Below are positions 37,671 to 46,168 of a stretch of DNA of 46,201 bases, piece by piece. Position numbers and translations under genes: made by a program. The stretch's first letter is position 1. The number at the start of each line of letters is the position of its first letter. The stretch is from Candidatus Woesearchaeota archaeon. Its GTDB lineage: Archaea > Nanobdellota > Nanobdellia > Woesearchaeales > WJIZ01. The DNA is taken from assembly GCA_018303125.1 (NCBI GenBank), contig JAGVYS010000005.1, positions 1-46,201 on the forward strand. The letters are read 5' to 3'. Below the pieces are notes generated by a model. The model had not been told where the DNA came from. It saw nothing but the letters and a program-made list of their open reading frames with translations, and searched no databases.

Positions 37671-38577
37671 AGAATTCGAGATTATAAGGAGAATTGCAAA
37701 GAAGCCTAAGAGTAAACATGTAGTCAGTGGGATAGGCGATGACGCAGCTGTTATAGACATAGGTAAGAGGTATTTGCTCCTTACTACCGATTCCCAAGTT
37801 GAAGGAATACATTTCAAAAAAGAGTGGTTTACAGCTGAGCAAGTCGGCATAAAGGCTGCAGAATCAAATATCTCAGACATCCTATCAATGAATGGAACTC
37901 CTTGCCATGCGATGGTAAGCCTCATACTCCCGAAAGAAACAGAAAAAAGATTTGTCATAGAGATGTACAGGGGCATTAGAAAATCATTCTCAAGATACCA
38001 TTGCGACATAGTTGGAGGAAACATCTCGGAAGGAAAAACATTTTCAGTTACAATATCCCTGACAGGTTATGCGAAAAAAGAAAGCATAAAGATGAGAAGC
38101 GGTGCGAGGAATGGTGATTTCATAGTAATCAATGGCTATCCTGGAGAGAGCCTTGCAGGATTTATGCTGCTCAAAAAAGGGATTAAAGGATATGATAAGA
38201 TAAAAAAAGGCCATCTTGAGCCGCATGCTTATCCCGTAGATGTTAAATCACTCCCTTTCATAAACGCAATGATAGATACGAGCGATGGCATAATTGGTGA
38301 TTTGAGACACATCTGCGATGAGAGCAGATGCGGCGCGATATTATACAAGGGCAAGCTGCCCATAAGCAATAATGTTGCCAAAGCAGGAGAGCTTCTTGGA
38401 GAAAATCCGTATGACCTTGCAATTTCAGGTGGCGAAGATTACAGGATGCTTTGCACAGTTCCCGGGAAGCACATAAGCAAGGTCAAGGGTTTCGTGATAG
38501 GTGAAATAACAAGAAAGAGAGGTATCAAAGTTATAGGGGGAAGTGCGCCAAGAAGCTATGAGCATTTCCAGAAATGA
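37663..38577 (+). CDS. thiL: Thiamine-monophosphate kinase
   Basis: EFEII, GIGDDAA, TTDSQVEGIHF, NISDILSM, MIDTSDG, GGEDY and YEHF. Start 37663. Confidence 0.93.
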   Translation: MDREFEIIRRIAKKPKSKHVVSGIGDDAAVIDIGKRYLLLTTDSQVEGIHFKKEWFTAEQVGIKAAESNISDILSMNGTPCHAMVSLILPKETEKRFVIEMYRGIRKSFSRYHCDIVGGNISEGKTFSVTISLTGYAKKESIKMRSGARNGDFIVINGYPGESLAGFMLLKKGIKGYDKIKKGHLEPHAYPVDVKSLPFINAMIDTSDGIIGDLRHICDESRCGAILYKGKLPISNNVAKAGELLGENPYDLAISGGEDYRMLCTVPGKHISKVKGFVIGEITRKRGIKVIGGSAPRSYEHFQK

Positions 38578-39341
38578 TTCAATACATAATTCTTTTCACC
38601 GACTTTAAATCCTGCCTCAAGCGCTGAATGTACAAAAGATATTGCCTTGCTTACAGCATTCTCTATATCCTCGCCTTTTGCAAGGTATGCTGATATCGCA
38701 GAAGACAAAGTGCATCCGGTTCCATGCCCTTCCTTTTTTATCCTCTTATTCTTGAATTCTATAAATCTGCCATCTATATACAATATATCAACGACATCTC
38801 CCGAAAGATGCCCTCCTTTTATCAGGACTGCCTTTGAACCATAAGCTGCTATTTTCCTTGCTGCTTCCTTCATGCCTTTCGAATCAGGGATTTTCACTCC
38901 CGTTATTACCTCGGCTTCAGGTATATTTGGAGTTATTATCATAGAAAGCCCGAAAAGCTCATTCTTCAATGATTCTATGGCGCTGTCCTCAAGCAGCTTT
39001 GCACCGCTTGCTGCAACCATCACAGGGTCAAGCACAACTTTCTTCATTTTGTGCTTCGTTATTGAAGCGGCAACGCACTCTATTATGGCCTTATTAGACA
39101 GCATGCCTATCTTTACTGCATCAGCCCCTATGTCAGACATGACTGCATCAATCTGTGCAGTGATTACGCTCTCAGGGATATTATGGACAGCAGTAACTTC
39201 TATTGTATTTTGGGCTGTTATTGCCACTATAACAGAGCTGCCCCATACCCCCAATGCTGCAAAAGTCTTCAGGTCAGCTTGTATCCCAGCTCCGCCCCCA
39301 GAATCAGAGCCTGCTATTGTTAGTGCCTTGAATTTGGCCAT
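38556..39341 (-). CDS. thiD: Hydroxymethylpyrimidine/phosphomethylpyrimidine kinase
   Basis: [39 protein letters not shown] and [11 protein letters not shown]. Confidence 0.96.
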   Translation of the reverse strand: MAKFKALTIAGSDSGGGAGIQADLKTFAALGVWGSSVIVAITAQNTIEVTAVHNIPESVITAQIDAVMSDIGADAVKIGMLSNKAIIECVAASITKHKMKKVVLDPVMVAASGAKLLEDSAIESLKNELFGLSMIITPNIPEAEVITGVKIPDSKGMKEAARKIAAYGSKAVLIKGGHLSGDVVDILYIDGRFIEFKNKRIKKEGHGTGCTLSSAISAYLAKGEDIENAVSKAISFVHSALEAGFKVGEKNYVLNHFWKCS

Positions 39342-39422
39342 TTTGATGTGGATTGCTTAATAATTTAAATTGCTTTTCAGCAAATCGGTAGGTTTATAAA
39401 ATGTTTTACAACACGCAAAGTT

Positions 39423-39734
39423 ATGAAGAAAATAGGCGGATTTAATAGGAAGACAAGGTCAAAATTCAAGAAGCATGCTAGGGATAAGGGAAAGATTTCA
39501 CTATCAAGATATCTGCAGGTTTTCCAGCCCGGGGATAAGGTTATGCTTGCTATTGAACCTGCTTTCCATAAGGGAAGATATCATCCAAGATTTATGGGAA
39601 AGGTCGGCACTATTATTGGAAAGCCTGGAAAATGCTATGAAATAAAGATATCAGATAGTGACAAGGAAAAAACATTAGTTGTGCACCCGGTGCACCTAAG
39701 GAGTGCAAATGTCATCCCCAAAAGTAATAAATGA
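39423..39734 (+). CDS. rpl21e: 50S ribosomal protein L21e
   Basis: GFNRKTRSKF, FQPGDKV, KGRYHPRFMGKVG and KTLVVHPVHL. Confidence 0.95.
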   Translation: MKKIGGFNRKTRSKFKKHARDKGKISLSRYLQVFQPGDKVMLAIEPAFHKGRYHPRFMGKVGTIIGKPGKCYEIKISDSDKEKTLVVHPVHLRSANVIPKSNK

Positions 39735-40053
39735 AAAACCTATGAGCCTCTCTGAGGTCAAGGTAGAGATAGAGAATATCAAAAAGCGTGACAAGGAGCT
39801 TGGCTTCAGGACGCAGAAAACAGATGAATACTTACAGCATTTTGTGCAGAATGACACAAAAAAGCTTTCTGATTCCTTGCACAAGCTTGAAATAGCAAGG
39901 CTAAAGGAAGAGCATATTGCAAAGATTGCGGACTTACTTCCGAAAAGCATGGAGGACCTTAAGGGAATCCTGCAGGGATACACCCTGACGGTTACCAAGG
40001 AAAACATGAAGAAGATAGTTGATGAAGTCAACAAATTCCTAGAAAAGGCTTAA
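39709..40053 (+). CDS. rpoF: DNA-directed RNA polymerase subunit F (Rpo4)
   Basis: INEKPMSLSEVK, ELGFRTQKTDEYL and KIADLLPKSMEDLKGIL. Follows rpl21e as in the conserved archaeal order. Confidence 0.88.
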   Translation: MSSPKVINEKPMSLSEVKVEIENIKKRDKELGFRTQKTDEYLQHFVQNDTKKLSDSLHKLEIARLKEEHIAKIADLLPKSMEDLKGILQGYTLTVTKENMKKIVDEVNKFLEKA

Positions 40054-40416
40054 TTATTGCTTAGACCTATCCACTAATTCTATAAATGATGTCAAAGCCA
40101 TTCTTACAAGCTCATTATTAGTATGAGGAGATTGTGAAAAGTCGGCAAGATATATTGATTTTCCTTTATCGGCAAGTTCGAAATAAACACAAAAGCCTGT
40201 ATTGCCATTCAAATATCCTGAATATCCGATTAAACCAGGTGCTATAGAGGGTGGAGAAAATCTGGTTTGACAAGTAGCGCCCATGAGTTTATCTGCACTT
40301 ACTGTGGGATTTTCAAAGCTAGATAGTAAAGATGGTTCTATTGTCTGTCCCATAATGTAGGATAGCCTATTGGCAAGGCTCCCATAATCCATTAATTGTG
40401 CATCGCTGTTTGGCAT
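40054..40416 (-). CDS. Hypothetical protein inserted antisense between rpoF and DUF655
   Basis: 120-aa ORF with a TATA-like element upstream. No recognisable motif. Confidence 0.5.
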   Translation of the reverse strand: MPNSDAQLMDYGSLANRLSYIMGQTIEPSLLSSFENPTVSADKLMGATCQTRFSPPSIAPGLIGYSGYLNGNTGFCVYFELADKGKSIYLADFSQSPHTNNELVRMALTSFIELVDRSKQ

Positions 40417-40516
40417 CAGGATAGGGTTTTAGAGACAGTTATATATTAATTTTGGAATGAGTGTAGAAACATTTAAAAATAAGGTTCCCAATCATAGATA
40501 CTAGGGGGTTAGGGTA

Positions 40517-41074
40517 ATGGACGGAATAAAGGAAGAAAAAGTTGTAGTGCTGGACTTCCTGCCAAATGGCTATCCTTTTGACACGAGACCAAGCCACCTG
40601 AAAAACCCTGTTGCCCAGGCTATAGGAAAGGAGCATTTCGTTCTTCTTGAGCTTGTTCCTAAGAAAGGAGTATACTTGCAACCTCATGAAGATGCATATA
40701 TAGGAGAAGGGAAGAGGGATAAGATACATCATATAATAGGCAAGCTTCCGATTTCAAAGCTGACCCAGACAGCAGTATCAGAGCTATCTTTCGTGATAAT
40801 GGAATCAATAAGGGCAAATGAGAAAAGGTTCATTGAGTTCTTCAACAAGTCTGTGCCGCTAAGCACCAGGATGCACCAGCTTGAGCTCCTGCCGGGCCTT
40901 GGAAAGAAGCACATGTGGCAGATAGTAGAGGCAAGAAAAGAAAAGGAGTTCGAGAGCTTTGAGGATATAAGGAAAAGGGTAAAGCTGATGCCTGACCCAG
41001 AGAAGGTTGTCCAGAAAAGGATACTGAAGGAGCTGGAAGGAAAAGAGAAGCATAACCTATTCGTTGACTTCTGA
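40517..41074 (+). CDS. DUF655 putative RNA-binding protein (HhH)
   Basis: VLDFLPNG, QAIGKEHFVLLEL, FFNKSVPLSTRMHQLELLPGLGKK and FESFEDI. Confidence 0.92.
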   Translation: MDGIKEEKVVVLDFLPNGYPFDTRPSHLKNPVAQAIGKEHFVLLELVPKKGVYLQPHEDAYIGEGKRDKIHHIIGKLPISKLTQTAVSELSFVIMESIRANEKRFIEFFNKSVPLSTRMHQLELLPGLGKKHMWQIVEARKEKEFESFEDIRKRVKLMPDPEKVVQKRILKELEGKEKHNLFVDF

Positions 41075-41116
41075 ATCCATAAATTATAAATATCTGTTGG
41101 CTTTTGTAATTCAAGA

Positions 41117-42088
41117 ATGGTAATAGACAGTTCAAATATGAAAAAAGTTCTGCTTGATTTCCCAAAGCAATGCAGGGAAGCCCTCTCATTGTCAAGTGGG
41201 ATAAAGGCCCATGACAGCATCAAGAGCATACTTGTCATGGGTTTGGGTGGCTCTGGTATAGGCGGTGACATTCTGAAATCCATAATGTCCAAGACATCCA
41301 TACATGTTGATGTTGTCAAGGATTATGACATACCTAACTCTGTTGACGAAAATACCCTTGCCTTTGCAGTAAGTTATTCGGGAAACACAGAGGAAACTCT
41401 CAGTGCTGTTACAGAGGCAAAAAACAGGGGAGCAAAGATAATAGCTATAACATCTGGTGGAAAGCTCTCTGAAATTACCGATACTATAATCAGAGTCCCT
41501 ACAGGGCTCCAGCCAAGGAATGCGGTAGGGTACCTCTTTTTCCCTATGGTTGGTGTACTTTACAATTCAGGCATCCTGGATGTAAAGAACAGTGACATGA
41601 ACGAGATGGTAAAAGTTTTGTCAGATTCTGCATATTTCGACGAGAAAGGAAATGAAATCGCGAAAAAGATAAGGGACAAGACACCAATAATCTACAGCTC
41701 ATCTTTCTTTGGGCCTTGCGCGTACCGCTTTAAGTGCGAAATCAACGAGAATTCAAAACATCCTGCATACCACCATGTCTTTCCTGAACTGTGCCACAAC
41801 GAGCTTGTTGGATACAAGGGCATGGAGAAAAGCAGGTTCATTGTCATTCTAATGAAGAGCAACTCAGACCACGAAAGGATAAGGAAAAGGATGGACATAT
41901 GCAAAGAAATATTCGGGGAAAGACTGGAAGTGGAAGAGATAACTGCCCTTGGGACATCAATATACTCAAAGATTTTCTCGCTTATATATCTAGGTGACTG
42001 GGTCTCATACCATCTGGCACTGTTAAACAGGATAGACCCTACACCAGTAGAGGTAATTGAAGACCTTAAGAGAAAGCTTGTTGAGTAA
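41117..42088 (+). CDS. Bifunctional phosphoglucose/phosphomannose isomerase
   Basis: GLGGSGIGG, SYSGNTEET, QPRNA, RFKCEINENSK, PELCHNE and GDWVSYHLA..DPTPV. Confidence 0.93.
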   Translation: MVIDSSNMKKVLLDFPKQCREALSLSSGIKAHDSIKSILVMGLGGSGIGGDILKSIMSKTSIHVDVVKDYDIPNSVDENTLAFAVSYSGNTEETLSAVTEAKNRGAKIIAITSGGKLSEITDTIIRVPTGLQPRNAVGYLFFPMVGVLYNSGILDVKNSDMNEMVKVLSDSAYFDEKGNEIAKKIRDKTPIIYSSSFFGPCAYRFKCEINENSKHPAYHHVFPELCHNELVGYKGMEKSRFIVILMKSNSDHERIRKRMDICKEIFGERLEVEEITALGTSIYSKIFSLIYLGDWVSYHLALLNRIDPTPVEVIEDLKRKLVE

Positions 42089-42135
42089 AGCATTTTCTTT
42101 TGCGGCTACAATTTTTTGTAGCAATTAGGGAAATA

Positions 42136-42143
42136 TTTATATA
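42136..42143 (+). promoter_or_regulatory. Archaeal BRE/TATA promoter (GGGAAA..TTTATATA) for the downstream structured RNA
   Basis: TTTATATA preceded by a purine-rich BRE-like tract, about 30 nt before the RNA's closing stem. The nearest ORF start lies about 270 nt downstream. Confidence 0.6.
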
Positions 42144-42175
42144 GCTCAAATGCGAAAAAGAGCATAAACCAAAAA

Positions 42176-42402
42176 AAAAGGGATGGATAATTCGGTTACC
42201 CTGAAAAGGATGCGAATCATCTAAGCCTCTGTCATATGCCCGCAATTAATACGGAGTCTGGACTATAACTCTCCGTAAGAAACCAGCATTTGTCAAGCTT
42301 CGCCCGATGACGCGAGAAAGATAACCTTTAAAACAAATTGAGAGGTTAAGACTGAGTCGATAATTGTTTGAGGCACTCTCTCACCGAGTCCAGTTCCCTT
42401 TT
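42176..42402 (+). ncRNA. Unidentified structured ncRNA (~225 nt)
   Basis: Closing stem AAAAGGGA-TGGA / TCCA-GT-TCCCTTTT extended by TTCGGT/ACCGAG. CCT-GAAA-AGG GNRA hairpin, GCCTC/GAGGC, TACGGAG/CTCCGTA, TTCGC/GCGAG and TAACCTTT/AGAGGTTA helices. Possible pseudoknots. Confidence 0.65.
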
Positions 42403-42415
42403 GGGGTTTTCTTGT

Positions 42416-42544
42416 ATGGCAAAGAAAAAAAAGAAGGCAGCAAAAAGGCCCAAGAGCCTTAAAAGAAAAAAGAGCAGGAAAAGCAAGGAATCAAAGGTAA
42501 GAAAACTTATCGCTCTCGCCAAGAGAAGAAAGAAGAAAAGGTAA
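42416..42544 (+). CDS. 42-aa extremely basic micro-protein (MAKKKKKAAKRPKSLKRKKSRKSKESKVRKLIALAKRRKKKR)
   Basis: ATG with a GGGG SD-like element upstream. 25 of 42 residues are K/R. Below the ORF-track length cut-off. Confidence 0.6.
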   Translation: MAKKKKKAAKRPKSLKRKKSRKSKESKVRKLIALAKRRKKKR

Positions 42545-42603
42545 TTTTCTTCAATCTGCCTCAAAGTAGACATGTTTTTAAACGTAAAAAACTTCCGCTT
42601 GTA

Positions 42604-44673
42604 ATGCTCCTGAAAACTCTCAGGATGGAGAACATAAGAAGCTATGACAATGCATGCATAGACTTTCCTCAAGGTTCCATTCTCCTTGCAGGAGACATAG
42701 GCTCAGGCAAATCTACAATTCTTCATGCAATTGAATTCTCACTGTTCGGCCTGAAGCTGGGTGAGCTTTCAGGAAGTGACCTGCTCAGGCATGGAAAAAA
42801 TCATGGCTCTGTTGAGCTCTCACTTGAAGTTGACAAAAATGAGATTACAGTAAAGAGGACTCTAAGGAGGGTAAAGGATAAAATAGGACAAGGACCAGGA
42901 TATATTATCATCAATGGCACAAAGCAGGATTTAATGCCAAAAGAGATAAGGGCAAAAGTCTACGAGCTGCTTAATTATCCCTCTTCGCTTCTTTCAAAGA
43001 ACCATGACCTGATATACCGCTACACTATCTACACACCGCAGGAACACATGAAAAGGATAATATCTGAAAACAGGGAAATCAGGCTCGATACTCTAAGGAA
43101 AGTTTTCAGCATAGACAAGTACAAACGCATAAGGGAAAATGCCTCCCTCTATTCCAGGCAGCTCAGGGATTCAGCCAGCAGAATGGAAGGAATCATATCT
43201 GACTTGGACAAAAGAACAGGAGAAATGGCCGAGGCAGAGAAAAAGCTGAATTTGCTGTCAATAAAAAAGAATTCGATAAGCAGTGTAGTGGCAGAAAAGG
43301 CAATGGTAGTCTCTTCTGCCAGGGAAAGACTAGCCGTACATGAAGAATCCATAAGGCATCTGATGGAGTGCAAAAAAGAAATAGCTGTACTTGAAGCAGA
43401 GTTGTCCTCTCTTTTGAGAAAAAAGGAAGATTGCAATAAGGATTCGGTAAGGCTTGAAGCGCAAATATCTGCCCTAAGAGAAGAGCTGAAGAGCTATGAT
43501 GCCACATCAGTATCAGGAAATCTGAATGCCAAGGATATGGAAAAGCGCTCAATTGAGAGATTTATAGCCGAGCTCAGGGAGACAAAATCGCTGCTCCTGG
43601 GAAGGGTAGAACAGATTGGCGGACAGGCAAAGAAGGTCAAGGATATATCAGAGTGCCCACTATGCCTCCAAAGCGTCCCGCATGAACACAAAAGCAGCAT
43701 CATTGCTTCTGCAGAGGAATCAATCACAAGCATAAGGAAAGAAGTATCGCGCCTAGAACAGGAAGAGGGAACAGCAAAGGCTAGGCTAATCATAGCATCG
43801 GAGGAATACAGGATACTGTTGGAAAAGGATTCTATTGGCAGGGCACTGAAGATAAAAAAGCAGGTTGCTGATGAAAAGAAAGCTTCAATGAATAAGCTCC
43901 TCAAAGATTCAGAATCATGCGGCATAAGAATAGATGAGATAAGCAGAAAGAAAGTTGATTTATCTACCAGAATTGAAAACCTTTCCGGGGCAGAAAAGGA
44001 ATACCTATCTGAAAAATCATCTTTTAATTTCCTCCTCACTGAGGAAAAAAAGTTGGAAATATCTCTTGCAGAGTGCTCAAAGGAATTGGAAGGGGTATCC
44101 TCATACTATGAGGCGATCAATAAAGAGGTTGCAGAAAAGCAAATTATAAGGGAACAGTTAATTAGCATTGCATCTCTCCGCAATTTCCTTGAGACAGGAT
44201 TTTCTAAACTTGTAGATTCAATAGAAAAGCACGTTTTCATGGTCGCTTATAATGAATTCAATTTCTGCTTCCAGAATTGGTTCAGCCTGCTGCTGGAAGA
44301 CGGCAGCATAGCATCAAGGCTTGATGATTCTTTCTCTGTAATTATTGAGCAGAACGGCTACGATGCAAGCGTTGATGGGCTTTCCGGTGGAGAGAAAACA
44401 TGCGTTGCCCTTGCATACAGGCTATCGCTTAACAAGGCAATCAATGACATAATGTCGGGGATAAGGACAAAGGGGCTGATAATACTTGATGAACCAACAG
44501 AGGGCTTCTCTTCAGAGCAGCTTGACAGGGTCAGGAATGTCCTGAATGAGCTCAATATGAAGCAGACAATAATAGTGTCCCATGAGGAAAAGGTGGAAGG
44601 ATTTGTTGACTCTGTGATAAGGGTAAGGAGAGGTCCATCAGGTTGCAGCGAAATAGAAAGGAAAACAATTTAA
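42604..44673 (+). CDS. rad50: Rad50/SbcC-like SMC ATPase
   Basis: ENIRSY, Walker A GDIGSGKS, coiled coils with CPLC zinc hook, signature LSGGE, Walker B ILDEP and VSH. Confidence 0.85.
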   Translation: MLLKTLRMENIRSYDNACIDFPQGSILLAGDIGSGKSTILHAIEFSLFGLKLGELSGSDLLRHGKNHGSVELSLEVDKNEITVKRTLRRVKDKIGQGPGYIIINGTKQDLMPKEIRAKVYELLNYPSSLLSKNHDLIYRYTIYTPQEHMKRIISENREIRLDTLRKVFSIDKYKRIRENASLYSRQLRDSASRMEGIISDLDKRTGEMAEAEKKLNLLSIKKNSISSVVAEKAMVVSSARERLAVHEESIRHLMECKKEIAVLEAELSSLLRKKEDCNKDSVRLEAQISALREELKSYDATSVSGNLNAKDMEKRSIERFIAELRETKSLLLGRVEQIGGQAKKVKDISECPLCLQSVPHEHKSSIIASAEESITSIRKEVSRLEQEEGTAKARLIIASEEYRILLEKDSIGRALKIKKQVADEKKASMNKLLKDSESCGIRIDEISRKKVDLSTRIENLSGAEKEYLSEKSSFNFLLTEEKKLEISLAECSKELEGVSSYYEAINKEVAEKQIIREQLISIASLRNFLETGFSKLVDSIEKHVFMVAYNEFNFCFQNWFSLLLEDGSIASRLDDSFSVIIEQNGYDASVDGLSGGEKTCVALAYRLSLNKAINDIMSGIRTKGLIILDEPTEGFSSEQLDRVRNVLNELNMKQTIIVSHEEKVEGFVDSVIRVRRGPSGCSEIERKTI

Positions 44674-44696
44674 ACACTCTTTTCTGGATAATTTCG

Positions 44697-45920
44697 ATGA
44701 ACAGGCTGTATGCCCATATCCTTGCAATAATAATCTATACGTCCATTGTTATGGCTGCAGGTGGTGGCGGAGGCTCAAGCAGCTCAGGCTCCGGTAGCAG
44801 TTCCTCTGGCTCTGGCGATTCTTCTTCCGGCTCTGATTTCTATTTTAGCTCTCCTATTTGCGACGATACAGGCAAGGTAACTTTCAGGCAAAAGCCTTCT
44901 ATAAAGCCAGTAATTGCAGAAATAGGCTCAGCCAATGTCCAGATAAAGGGAATATGGGAAGGAACTGAATTCATATCAGAGGAGGCTGAAGCAAATGAGA
45001 AGGGTGAATACATAATAAGGGATGCTGTTAACGGTGACAGAAAATTCGAATGTCCCGGACTGAGTTTTAGCTGCAGGATGGTGAATATAAGCATAGGCAA
45101 GTGCACATATTCCAATAAGGGCACAAAGGCACCTTTTAAGCTTGAAGGTCCAAAAACATCCAAGGACAGCCTGAAAATCAAGTTTTCTTTCCCTGATTCA
45201 CCTGTCCTTTCCTATTCAAAAGGAATAAAGTCATCAGAATTGGACAGCTTAAGGATAACCGATGAAGGCCTTTCGCTTTACAGCATTGATGCACCGATAT
45301 ATACAGAATCATTGATGCAGATTTCATATGAAGGCTGCCTTGGAAACTATTATGTCTATTCCCAAATAAAATGCACAGAAGATGAGCCTGCTTCTGAGAA
45401 GAAGGGCTCTGAGCTTAAGTGTGGAGGCTATCTGGACATAGAGGATAGGGTAGGGTGCAGGATAAGCCTAAGGGAAGAAAAATCAAAAGAATACGAGAAC
45501 TTCTTTCCTGAAGAATGCATGGCAAGGGATGACTGGAAAGAATGCCTTAAGGTTTACCAGTCCGTACAAAAATGTTGGAGCTTTCCAAATGGCAATGAGA
45601 GAATTAGCTGCGTCAAGGGACAGCTTGACCTGGGAGATATAGCAAAAGAGAAAGATTCATGCAGCGATAAAAATTGCCTCGCCATGCTTAGAGAGAAGAT
45701 TTACTCGCTTATAAAATTCAGGCTCTACAATCTTGAGGAGGAAGCAGAAATCCTTATGGAAGATGGGGAGCTTGAGAGAAATGACCTCATTGACTTTGTT
45801 GTAAGGATGGAAAAGACCAAGCTTGCCTTCAACAATGCAAAAACAAAAGCAGATAGGAAAGCAGCCATACTTAAAGCCAGTGAAGCCTGGAAAGGATTGG
45901 TTGCGAAGGTGAAAAAATGA
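44697..45920 (+). CDS. Secreted Cys-rich hypothetical protein with Gly/Ser linker
   Basis: Signal peptide MNRLYAHILAIIIYTSIVMA, GGGGGSSSSGSGSSSSGSG linker and many paired Cys. Start 44697. Confidence 0.7.
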   Translation: MNRLYAHILAIIIYTSIVMAAGGGGGSSSSGSGSSSSGSGDSSSGSDFYFSSPICDDTGKVTFRQKPSIKPVIAEIGSANVQIKGIWEGTEFISEEAEANEKGEYIIRDAVNGDRKFECPGLSFSCRMVNISIGKCTYSNKGTKAPFKLEGPKTSKDSLKIKFSFPDSPVLSYSKGIKSSELDSLRITDEGLSLYSIDAPIYTESLMQISYEGCLGNYYVYSQIKCTEDEPASEKKGSELKCGGYLDIEDRVGCRISLREEKSKEYENFFPEECMARDDWKECLKVYQSVQKCWSFPNGNERISCVKGQLDLGDIAKEKDSCSDKNCLAMLREKIYSLIKFRLYNLEEEAEILMEDGELERNDLIDFVVRMEKTKLAFNNAKTKADRKAAILKASEAWKGLVAKVKK

Positions 45921-46093
45921 GATGCCTTATTGCCTTAGCCCTGATTTTCCTTGTGGCCTGTTCTCCTGTTGCAGATGTTGAGCCTGAAGAAGAAGTATTG
46001 GTTGAGGAGAATGCCTCAGCTGAGCAGGAAAGCATAAAAAATCTTTATGACGGGCTGGATGAAGCAATGAATGAGCTTGACCTTGTTGAATAA
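45917..46093 (+). CDS. Small acidic lipoprotein (58 aa)
   Basis: MRCLIALALIFLVAC lipobox, SD GGTGA, ATGA overlap with the upstream stop and an acidic mature part. Confidence 0.65.
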   Translation: MRCLIALALIFLVACSPVADVEPEEEVLVEENASAEQESIKNLYDGLDEAMNELDLVE

Positions 46094-46112
46094 GTCATGC
46101 CATTGTAAAAAC

Positions 46113-46161
46113 TAAAAGGGCGGCTATCTGAAGGTTGAAACCTTCAGCGTTTCCGCCGCCC
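46113..46161 (-). terminator. GC-rich hairpin with U-tract between convergent genes
   Basis: GGGCGGC(46118-24)/GCCGCCC(46155-61) encloses CTGAAGGT/ACCTTCAG and is followed by TTTT on the minus strand. Confidence 0.55.
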
Positions 46162-46168
46162 ACGAAAT

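Noticed and set aside
42176-42402. Assignment of the structured RNA as canonical RNase P RNA, SRP RNA, tmRNA or TPP riboswitch
   Set aside because: GAGGAAAGUCC/ACAGAA (RNase P), the SRP helix-8 GNRA motif, tRNA-like ends and CUGAGA...AUACCUG consensus elements were not found on either strand.
42346-42672. 108-aa minus-strand ORF across the RNA 3' end
   Set aside because: Phe/Leu-rich mirror of the Lys-rich plus-strand micro-ORF, and it overlaps the rad50 start.
42604-44673. SMC protein as part of a Wadjet/Lamassu defence system
   Set aside because: The CxxC zinc hook and overall layout are Rad50-like, and no kleisin, KITE or effector genes are adjacent.
44755-44835. Repetitive GGC/TCT-rich tract as a DNA repeat or CRISPR
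   Set aside because: It encodes a Gly/Ser linker with varied codons. No repeat-spacer periodicity is seen anywhere in the window.
46118-46161. Hairpin as an archaeal SECIS element
   Set aside because: The internal loop does not match the GAA/A plus three G-C pair consensus, and no selenoprotein or Sec machinery is visible.
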